A DNA stretch of 63,547 nucleotides, filler included, from Olpidium bornovanus S191 (taxonomy: Eukaryota; Fungi; Olpidiomycota): assembly GCA_017911155.1 (NCBI GenBank). It is 29 parts of 29 records of this genome, joined end to end, with 100 filler letters (N's around TTAATTAATTAA, not from the genome) between each part and the next. Parts side by side here need not be neighbours in the genome. Positions count along the whole stretch, not along the records: positions 22,154 to 24,298 come from JAEFCI010007482.1; positions 24,399 to 27,621 come from JAEFCI010013478.1; positions 27,722 to 30,763 come from JAEFCI010010014.1; 26 more parts are not named here. The stretch is one strand, 5' to 3'. This document shows, one piece after another, positions 23,501-30,863 of the stretch. Each line of letters begins with the position of its first letter. Position 1 is the first letter of the stretch. A program made the translations under genes and the position numbers. The notes under the pieces are model-generated. The model did not search any database. It was not told the DNA's origin and was given only the letters and a program-made list of their open reading frames with translations.

Positions 23501-24260
23501 CGTTGAGGTGTATTTTTCGTTCAGACGATTCGTGTCAGGGCGGTCGGTCGGCGGGCAGTAATTCGGTTGCATAACGTGCGGCGCAAGCAACGATTGTCAT
23601 ATCCGCACCTACTTCCGGATCCTCTTTCGAGTCGCTTATACCACCGAAGGCGGCAAGCTCTTGGGCAAAGGCGACATTCTTCGAGCTGTACTCTGGCATC
23701 GGGACGAAACAATCCAGACACACCCAAACGTCAGAGCCGCCAACCAACGGTATGATAACGGGGTGCGCGGAGAGGTCCGGCAACGCCGAACACCAGGCGC
23801 TGCGATCGCACGCCGGCGTTCGCATGCCGGGGGTGCCGGGCCAGAATACTTTTATTTTTCTTTTGTTTTACCCGTCGCAAGGTCCAGCCCGGCGTTTGTA
23901 AACTTTATCAGGTTCTTGATGGAGGCGTCCAAGCTCACGACGGAGTCCTCGGAGGTGTTCAGAGCCTTCCTCTGGGCCGGCGAGTCGACGAAGCAGCCCC
24001 TGACGTCTATCGGTTCCCTCATCGTCGCCGGCGCAGAGCGGGCGCCTCGAGGGGAAGGGGCGGAAGAGGCGGGACCCGAGCGGGCGGCGGCGGGCGTTTC
24101 TCAGCTGCCGGCCCGGACGGGAAGAGGAGGCGGGTGGCGGCGGTTTCCGGGGGAGTATGGCGGGGGCGGAGAGAGAGAGGGCGGGCGGTCGGCGGGCGGG
24201 CGGTCGGCGGGCGGGCGGGGCAACGCGGGGGGAAAAAAAAAAAAAAAAAAAGGGGGGGAG

Positions 24261-24298
<38 letters not shown>

Positions 24299-24398
24299 NN
24301 NNNNNNNNNNNNNNNNNNNNNNNNNNNNNNNNNNNNNNNNNNTTAATTAATTAANNNNNNNNNNNNNNNNNNNNNNNNNNNNNNNNNNNNNNNNNNNN

Positions 24399-24581
24399 GG
24401 TCAACGACGACGAGACCGTCACGCTTCCACCGCCCGACACCGACCCGGCCGACGTGACGCTAACGCCGCCCTCTACAAGAGTCGGTGAGTCATACCACGA
24501 CACCGATGCGCCGTATTGCGACCCGGCCGCAGCGGACAGAGTCGCCAAAAGGAAAACACTAAAAGCGAATAAATATCTCAT
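24399..24581 (-). CDS. Putative pIII-like attachment/minor coat protein, N-terminus (truncated by contig end)
   Basis: MRYLFAFSVFLLATLSAAA signal peptide followed by Gly/Ser/Val-rich GSQYGASVSWYD..GGVSVTSAGSVSGGGSVTVSS; position after the coat gene. Confidence 0.65.
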
Positions 24582-24657
24582 ATGCAGCTTTCACAACCCA
24601 GCAAACGAACCACGCGCTGAAGAGCCCGCAGAGGTAGAGGTCGGATGTTATTTCCAT
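24559..24657 (-). CDS. 32-aa single-TM protein, putative minor virion protein (pVII/pIX-like)
   Basis: MEITSDLYLCGLFSAWFVCWVVKAAYEIFIRF*; acidic N-terminus, hydrophobic core; overlaps the pIII-like start by 23 nt. Below the ORF-track length cutoff. Confidence 0.65.
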   Translation of the reverse strand: MEITSDLYLCGLFSAWFVCWVVKAAYEIFIRF

Positions 24658-24691
24658 AAAAGGAGAGGGGGTAGGCGCTGGACCTACCCCC
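24658..24691 (-). terminator. Intrinsic terminator hairpin after the coat gene
   Basis: Perfect 9-bp stem GGGGGTAGG-(7-nt loop)-CCTACCCCC, followed by TCTCCTTTT on minus and TTTGTT on plus. Confidence 0.75.
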
Positions 24692-24709
24692 TTTGTTGAA
24701 CGCCTAATG

Positions 24710-24856
24710 TTAGGCGGTGATCGCGCGCCAGACCTTCGAAACGAAGCGGATTCCCATCGGAACCACCTTGACCGTCACGCCTGCCGCAACGATGGCGGCG
24801 ATGCCGCCAAGCATGACAGTGGCTAGACCCGCGATTGCTGTATTAACGTCGCCCAT
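24710..24856 (-). CDS. Major coat protein (pVIII-like), 48 aa, no cleavable leader
   Basis: MGDVNTAIAGLATVMLGGIAAIVAAGVTVKVVPMGIRFVSKVWRAITA*: acidic N-terminus, Ala/Gly-rich TM helix, basic amphipathic C-terminus; A/T-rich initiation region; terminator downstream. The GTG/TTG-extended 68-aa ORF-track start is less likely because it overlaps the upstream gene. Confidence 0.8.
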   Translation of the reverse strand: MGDVNTAIAGLATVMLGGIAAIVAAGVTVKVVPMGIRFVSKVWRAITA

Positions 24857-24876
24857 TGTATTAAGTTGTAGCCGCT

Positions 24877-25008
24877 CTAAACCATATCCGACGAAGCCGC
24901 GAAAATGCGTATCCAATAGGCAAAAGCCGCTACAGGAGCGCCTACCGATACAGCCACGCCCACAAAGGCGACGGCTACTTCTATTATGTCGGAAATGGAA
25001 AGTGTCAT
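24877..25008 (-). CDS. 43-aa single-TM protein, putative minor virion protein (pVII/pIX-like)
   Basis: MTLSISDIIEVAVAFVGVAVSVGAPVAAFAYWIRIFAASSDMV*; directly upstream of the coat gene. Below the ORF-track cutoff. Confidence 0.65.
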   Translation of the reverse strand: MTLSISDIIEVAVAFVGVAVSVGAPVAAFAYWIRIFAASSDMV

Positions 25009-25050
25009 CGTATTACGAATTTTTCGGGCACCATGGACGCGCCGGAATCT

Positions 25051-25329
25051 TCATGCGGCTACGCCTATCGGCTTCACCGACTGCATTGCCTTAATCTTGC
25101 GATCCAATACCCCGGCCTGAACTCTTGCATGGCAGGCCCTCCCTGAGGCTTCCCACCGCGCCAGATCGCGCGCATGGTTCGTGACCCATGCCGCCCTCTG
25201 ATTGGCCCAAAACACATCCCAATCGAATTGCCCGCCTTGCTCGAAGAGCCAGCGCACTGCGAAGAGCCGGGTTTCCCCCCTCCGGAGTGCCTCCCTCACA
25301 GAGGCGCGGACAGTTAAGGTCTCTTTCAT
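25051..25329 (-). CDS. Phage orphan protein (~92 aa; alternative start 25371)
   Basis: MKETLTVRASVREALRRGETRLFAVRWLFEQGGQFDWDVFWANQRAAWVTNHARDLARWEASG...; fills the operon gap on the same strand. Confidence 0.55.
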   Translation of the reverse strand: MKETLTVRASVREALRRGETRLFAVRWLFEQGGQFDWDVFWANQRAAWVTNHARDLARWEASGRACHARVQAGVLDRKIKAMQSVKPIGVAA

Positions 25330-25384
25330 CAAGTTAAGGCCTCGGCGGCGCGGGCGCTGACGCGCCCGCATCCGCCGAGTCTCT

Positions 25385-25609
25385 TCACGTTTGCTGTCTG
25401 CCGCAGACGGCTTGCCGGACGAGCTCGTCAAATTCCGCCTGCGTGAGTTTCCGCGCCGCGCAATAGTGCATGACGCCATCGAGCTCCAATTGGAGAAAGG
25501 CGGAGGGTTCGCCCAGCTCAACCATGGAGAATAGAAGCCCTTGCATGACTTCGAATTGCATGTCCCTCAGGCCTTCGGCCTGCCAGTCGCCGGGTTTACT
25601 TTTGGACAT
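25385..25609 (-). CDS. Phage orphan protein (74 aa)
   Basis: MSKSKPGDWQAEGLRDMQFEVMQGLLFSMVELGEPSAFLQLELDGVMHYCAARKLTQAEFDELVRQAVCGRQQT*; start overlaps the SSB-like stop by 14 nt. Confidence 0.55.
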   Translation of the reverse strand: MSKSKPGDWQAEGLRDMQFEVMQGLLFSMVELGEPSAFLQLELDGVMHYCAARKLTQAEFDELVRQAVCGRQQT

Positions 25610-25907
25610 CGAGGACTTTCCCGTTGATGCGTTGCACCAACTTTTGGCCGGTTTCCTTGTCCTTCGCGTAGGTCGACTTAGAAAAGAGGACCCTGGCCCC
25701 GAAAGGGACGAGTTCGATGGGTTCGCCTCTATCCGTAATGGGTTCTTTGGCGTCCGCGTCCGCGTAAGCGGTATGCTCAAAGGTGGCGCCGTCGCACCGG
25801 TAACCGGTCACGTAAGTGACTCGCGTCACGTCCTTATTGGTCTTGTCGTCGCGGAAAGTCGATTCCCTGCGCGTCGTCTCGTCAATACAACGAGCGATGA
25901 GATACAT
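25596..25907 (-). CDS. Putative ssDNA-binding protein (pV-like), ~103 aa (alternative start 26021)
   Basis: MYLIARCIDETTRRESTFRDDKTNKDVTRVTYVTGY...: beta-strand-rich with aromatic/basic residues and an extended hairpin segment. ATG lies 4 nt after the Rep stop; size and position match inoviral gene V. Function inferred from position and composition. Confidence 0.6.
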   Translation of the reverse strand: MYLIARCIDETTRRESTFRDDKTNKDVTRVTYVTGYRCDGATFEHTAYADADAKEPITDRGEPIELVPFGARVLFSKSTYAKDKETGQKLVQRINGKVLDVQK

Positions 25908-25911
25908 GCCG

Positions 25912-26829
25912 TCAGGCAGCTTTGAGAGGCTCAACTTGGATTCTTCCGTTTTGGTCGATGTAACAGGTTGCGAAGGCTTCGCGTTGGATGGTGCTACGGT
26001 GGAGTTGGCTTGGGTGCTCATTGTTTACTATTTTTTCTAGTGTTTCTATATTAACGGGCATGTGATACATATCCAGCGGGCGTTGCCCTTGTTCCGCTCG
26101 CTCGATAAAGACTTCGGTGAATGTATCCCGCAGGTATACAGGGACCCCGAAAAACCCTACTGCGCGACCGCGCACGACGGCACGCCGCCGCCAGCCTGAC
26201 CACTTTTCACGGAGTGTCGCAGGCATTGGGCGCGTCTCGCCCTCCGCTTCTTCTGCCTCCGGTTTAGACTTTGTCTTTCCAAAAAATCCGTTCGACGTCT
26301 GAAAGACCCGAATCGTTTTTGGATAGTCCAAAACCCAATCAGGAACACCATCGCCCGCCACGTCTTTCGTGACGTATTTGAACAGATATTTGAAATCCCG
26401 GGGCTTGTTTATCCGCTTTATCTTCGTGAAGCCGAAGCCCCAAGCCTGCTCCAAATCCTCGTTATTGATATGGCCCTTGCAGTCAAAACCACAGTGCCAA
26501 TGCGGCCAGCCTGCTTCCGTTAGTTCAAATTTAACGAAGTAACGTTTTATATTATAGCCCTGCTTTCGCAGACGCTCCACGGCGCGCCGGATGCGATCCC
26601 GGCCCTTTTCGAAAGCCGCCTGCGGCGTCTCGAAAAGGTCCGGGTCAACCGTGAGCGTCACGAATAGCCAGCCGAAGAGCGACGGGAAGCCGCGCGCCTC
26701 AAGACGCTTCACCATCTTACGCCGGCCGAGCTCATGCCACCACGAGTGCGGCGCGTATGGCGCCAGAATATAATCGTGCCCGCTCGCATGTATACGACGC
26801 AGGTAGGGCGTAGAACGCGGCTTTCTCAT
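25912..26829 (-). CDS. rep: HUH-endonuclease rolling-circle replication initiator (Rep), 305 aa
   Basis: Motif I FVTLT (26650-26664), motif II GWPHWHC (HUH at 26494-26502), motif III YLFKYVTK (26374-26388) in canonical order; no helicase Walker motifs. Confidence 0.9.
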   Translation of the reverse strand: MRKPRSTPYLRRIHASGHDYILAPYAPHSWWHELGRRKMVKRLEARGFPSLFGWLFVTLTVDPDLFETPQAAFEKGRDRIRRAVERLRKQGYNIKRYFVKFELTEAGWPHWHCGFDCKGHINNEDLEQAWGFGFTKIKRINKPRDFKYLFKYVTKDVAGDGVPDWVLDYPKTIRVFQTSNGFFGKTKSKPEAEEAEGETRPMPATLREKWSGWRRRAVVRGRAVGFFGVPVYLRDTFTEVFIERAEQGQRPLDMYHMPVNIETLEKIVNNEHPSQLHRSTIQREAFATCYIDQNGRIQVEPLKAA

Positions 26830-26959
26830 GCGTCGCCCTTTCGCTCTAAGGGCCGCGGGGCTCCGCCCCCCAGCAACTGACCCCCGATACGGCCGCAGGC
26901 CGTGGCGTCCCTCCGGGCGCGGGTTAGAACGGCTTCGCCGTGCCCATCCCTTGCCGAGG

Positions 26960-27130
26960 CGCCCTCAAGAGTATCACACCGCGTAAGGGTCTCCGCGCTT
27001 CCAAGCCAGCGCTCCGATTTTTTTCCCCAAGCTGAAAAAAACAGGCCCTTACACGGCGTGATTCTCAAGGGGCGTCCCCGACAAGGGGAAAGCGGGGGGG
27101 GCCACCCTAAGACGTCCTTAGACGCCCCCC
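26960..27130 (-). promoter_or_regulatory. Hairpin-rich intergenic region; candidate replication origin or packaging signal
   Basis: 17-bp inverted repeat 26973-26989 / 27046-27062 with outer CGCCC/GGGCG arms, inner T7...A7 stem, and hairpins TCCCC-GACAA-GGGGA (27075-27089) and CTAAG-ACGTC-CTTAG (27107-27121). Confidence 0.6.
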
Positions 27131-27164
27131 GTCCTTTCCTCCCGTTGGTCGGAGACACACCAAA

Positions 27165-27416
27165 ATGCCTACCACCACCAAACACAGCATCTGGACCAAA
27201 ACCGAGGCCTTCGCCGCCGATCTCCGCCTTCAACGATTCGAAGACTTTACCCTCGGCTTCCTCGTAATGGTAAAGACCGCCGGACGTGAGACCAAAACCG
27301 CCGACGCCTGCGCCTTCTTCTGGACTATCCAGGACGCCCGCAAATGGGCCGAAACCGAATACCCACTCGACCAACCCAGCTCGCAATTGGCCTTCCTCGT
27401 AGATCTCAGCAGCTAA
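27165..27416 (+). CDS. Hypothetical protein (83 aa) divergent from Rep
   Basis: ATG preceded by GGAG about 10 nt upstream; MPTTTKHSIWTKTEAFAADLRLQRFEDF...; C-ending codon bias. Confidence 0.6.
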   Translation: MPTTTKHSIWTKTEAFAADLRLQRFEDFTLGFLVMVKTAGRETKTADACAFFWTIQDARKWAETEYPLDQPSSQLAFLVDLSS

Positions 27417-27431
27417 CCGACAACCCGCACG

Positions 27432-27596
27432 ATGACCACCACCACCGCATGGCTCGCCTTTCTCCATTGGTTCATCGGAACCGCTTGGACCCACCTGCTG
27501 AACGGCATCAGAGCCCACCAGATCGACGCCGAATTCCCCCGGCGCCACAGCTACCGCACCCGCTTTTGGCGCCTGATTCACGCCGTAGACATGTGA
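27432..27596 (+). CDS. Hypothetical protein (54 aa)
   Basis: MTTTTAWLAFLHWFIGTAWTHLLNGIRAHQIDAEFPRRHSYRTRFWRLIHAVDM*; starts 15 nt after the previous stop, with the same codon style. Confidence 0.5.
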   Translation: MTTTTAWLAFLHWFIGTAWTHLLNGIRAHQIDAEFPRRHSYRTRFWRLIHAVDM

Positions 27597-27721
27597 ATAT
27601 GCCCTACTTCATCTAAAAAACNNNNNNNNNNNNNNNNNNNNNNNNNNNNNNNNNNNNNNNNNNNNTTAATTAATTAANNNNNNNNNNNNNNNNNNNNNNN
27701 NNNNNNNNNNNNNNNNNNNNN

Positions 27722-30700
27722 CATGTTCCGCACCAGCCCCTACGTGTTGACGTGTGGGGACGACGGGACCCTCCGCACCTGGGACACCGGAAGGCGATGG
27801 GGTCTACCGCGGACCCTGGCGATCGGCTCGCCGTTGACGGCTGTTGCGGCTAGCCCCTTCTGCCTGCTTGGGGCAGTCGGGAGTCAAAAAGGAACCGTCC
27901 GTCTGATTGGGATCTCGGAGGAGGGCGCGGGGGAGGTGCAAATGGAGCGCGATTCTTCGAGTGGCAACCACTTTCGCACCTTAATGCGAGAACGGCTGCA
28001 TAAGGCCCGAGTAGACAAGGTTTGCCCAACGAGACCGCCCATTTTCGTCCGTTACGGCAGTCGTGAGACGGCCGAGCACTTGGTGCCGCCGATCTGTTCG
28101 TGGCCGTAATACCGTCCGCTGCCGATAGATTGTCTTCGATTCAACCGGAACATATCTTGCATCGATAAGTCAGGACGGGACAGTGGCGCTAATCGATGCA
28201 AAGACGTTCCGACCGGTGGGCTGGACCCGCGTGTCTGGTCGAATATCAGACGTCGTTTTCAATTTTTCCGAGACAGAAAAGCAGAAGGTCAGTTGTTTTG
28301 AGCGCGACGCGAGGGCTCGTATGCTTCCGAAGCTTACCTGTCGTGAATCTTGCCGATGGCCTAGGGTCTTTTCCTGTACTTAATTGGCAACTCTGCCGAA
28401 GGTAAATCAGAAAGTCTGCTGTACAGATACCGGGTGCTGCAAGATACGCCCTTGGGCGCTGGCTTTGGTGAAGGCGTCGGGTTTGCCGAGGTAAGCGGGT
28501 TTCGCTTTTTGCCAAACGTTCTCCGGCTGTTAGATTTGCTCTCGGAAAAAACCGCGAGCTAACTGCTTTGCGCGGACCCGCCAAAAGCTCACTCTTTTTA
28601 AATCAGATTGCACCCTTAACAGTATGGCAATTCTGCCAAGGTAGGATGCCGGTTAACCAAGAGTATGCAATAAATTTTTCTCGCCGGCGGAAATACTGAG
28701 ATTGGCCGATTACCAAGTCACATGTCAACAGGGTCATATGAAGCTATTTATTTCGCCTGCGAAGACAAGAAGCTTAGGTTGTACAACTTGCCGCCGCCAC
28801 CAGCTGGAGGAAACAGCGGCAGGCCCATCGACCTCGGAGCTCCTGCTCAAGAGGTATGGGGAGTGCCCCTTTTGACGCACAACTTTGCGAATGAAACCGT
28901 GGCTGATGATGCCAAGGTTTCCTACTTAGTACAAAGGGGCCCAGAAGCCTGGCAGTCGCATCGGGCTGTCTTCTAGCAACGAAATGATCATTATCTGGAG
29001 CGCGGACGGAAAAATTACCTTGCGGGATACTGTTGACCCTGAGCGGGGGACGACGCACATCGCAGTCCACGGCGCCGCGTCGGGGGGAGTCCTGGCTTTA
29101 ACCCATAGCAACGACACCAGAACGCTGGTATCCGTTGGAGGTGACAACACCCTGTGCTTCCTCGAGTGGAAGTACACAATTGCGGGCAAAAAGGCCGCGG
29201 TGCTATCCAGCAAGGCGGCAAAGTCTGTGCTCATCGAACTGGCAGATGCGTTCAAAGACATGGACCTGCGGATCGCCTCAGCGAAGGTGAGTGTAAAGTG
29301 GCCCGCTCGGCAAGCTCGCAAATCCACATTCGTGACGCTTTTGCCGGTTTTCCTTCCCGCGCCTGTAGACAGTGGAGGACAGGCCCGACTCGGATGCAGA
29401 CGAAGCGCTTATCGAAATGAGAGTCCAACAAACTTCCGCGGACAGCGATGATTCAAAAAAGCCCGAGGTATCTCGTGCCCCCCTTGCTGACATACTGCCG
29501 GCGTCGCAAGATAACGTCCGTAACATGCCGTCTCCCTGGGCTTCAACCGCTTTCCTGGGCTTCAAACGTCGCCCAGTCCGCAACCAGTCATATCGAGTCC
29601 CGGATTCAGCAGATTCGCGAGCGTCTTACCAAAATTATCCAAAAAAATGAAACTCTCCCGGCGATCGAGAAGCTTAACCGCGACGACTTCATCATCGACC
29701 ACGAGGAACGCGCCCGTCTTCTAGCCGAGGGGGACTCCAAAGTCAAAGCCGTCAGGGCGGCAATCGAGGAAGATAACCTGAAAAAGCGAGTAATTATGAA
29801 CAAGATCAAGGTGGGCAAGAGTTGCCTCGGAAACCGCCAAACGGTCGCCACGCGCTTCTATTCCGCAATGCGGCACACCAATGGATCATGACCGTTACTG
29901 CCGTTCTGTTTGCAGAAAGAGTGCTGGGACTCCATGGAGACCACCGGACAACTGGTCAAATCCTTTCAGAATGACCCCCTGACGGGCAAACTTATTGAGG
30001 TTTCGAATTACCCACTCCGCCGCCGCCCTGAGTCGGTTCTGCGGCGAATGGAACGGATCAAGCTGTTACGTATTGTCCAGCTGATGAGCGAATATGAGAG
30101 AAGGGTGAGATTGGAATATGAATAGCGTTGGAATTCCCTGTTCAGTATGCGCGCCGTTTGACAGGACGACGTCCCATTTTCGGGTGGATTTCCGTTAGAG
30201 TCAAAAGAAGAAAGTAGCACCTTCCGCAGCAGCGCCGGTAGCATCCGAAGAAGAGGTAGGGAAATGCCACTTACCGATGTTCAAATTACTCGAGTATCTT
30301 CTTGAAAAAAGCGACTTACTCAACCCGCAACCTGCTAAGGCCGCCGAGGAAATTCCACAGGCCGGCAACGGGCCTCCAGCGATGGTAGCGACGCCGGAAA
30401 AGCCGGCCGAAAAAGTTGAACAACCGGCATCTGCCGCTCCGCATGCGGACATGACGTACCAGGAGCTACTCCATGCGCCGTTTGACCTAACGACGTCAGA
30501 GCGACGGCGAACGCAGACAGTCATTCTCGGCGAGGTTGTCCTCCAAATGAAGGTGAGTTGACGGGCAAGCACGGCTTCGCACGTTGCGGTTTATGGTGGT
30601 TTCTTCTCACACTTCGCGCGCGGGGAAGCGAGAATTCAACGGGAAGGTGAAGGACTTTGTCAAAGCGAAGAGCGACGAGATTTCGAAGATTGAGGAGAAA

Positions 30701-30737
30701 GGAGACCGCATCAAAGCGATCATGGACGAGCTGCAGG
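27722..30737 (+). CDS. CFAP43: Cilia- and flagella-associated protein 43 (WDR96), internal multi-exon fragment
   Basis: WD40 repeats (YVLTCGDDGTLRTWD; TLVSVGGDNTLCFLEW) followed by IIQKNETLPAIEKLNRDDFIIDHEERARL, KECWDSMETTG, SERRRTQTVILGEV..FNGKVKDFVKAKSDEISKIEEKGDRIKAIMDEL, matching the CFAP43 coiled-coil region as I recall it. Confidence 0.8.
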
Positions 30738-30863
30738 TGAGTTTTGTGGGGGCCGGGGGGGGGNNNNNNNNNNNNNNNNNNNNNNNNNNNNNNNNNNNNN
30801 NNNNNNNTTAATTAATTAANNNNNNNNNNNNNNNNNNNNNNNNNNNNNNNNNNNNNNNNNNNN

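Larger units (their letters stand above)
24399..27621 (-). mobile_element. Partial filamentous ssDNA phage (inovirus-like) genome or prophage; whole contig of prokaryotic origin
   Basis: Intron-free, tightly coupled ORFs in Ff-like order Rep - SSB - orphans - small TM - coat - small TM - pIII-like, plus terminator and hairpin-rich intergenic region. Lacks the microsatellites and long homopolymers of the eukaryotic contigs. The morphogenesis ATPase (pI/Zot) is not within the contig. Confidence 0.85.

Noticed and set aside
25912-26829. Eukaryotic CRESS-DNA virus or Helitron origin for the Rep
   Set aside because: No SF3 or Pif1 helicase domain; it lies in a coupled prokaryotic operon with membrane coat-like genes and an intrinsic terminator.
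26826-27581. 251-aa minus-strand ORF upstream of Rep
   Set aside because: Spans the hairpin-rich intergenic region and is the antisense shadow of two plus-strand ORFs with better start signals and codon bias.
24399-27621. Plain rolling-circle plasmid
   Set aside because: A cluster of three tiny TM proteins plus a signal-peptide Gly/Ser-rich protein fits a virion module better; not fully excluded until a pI ATPase is found.
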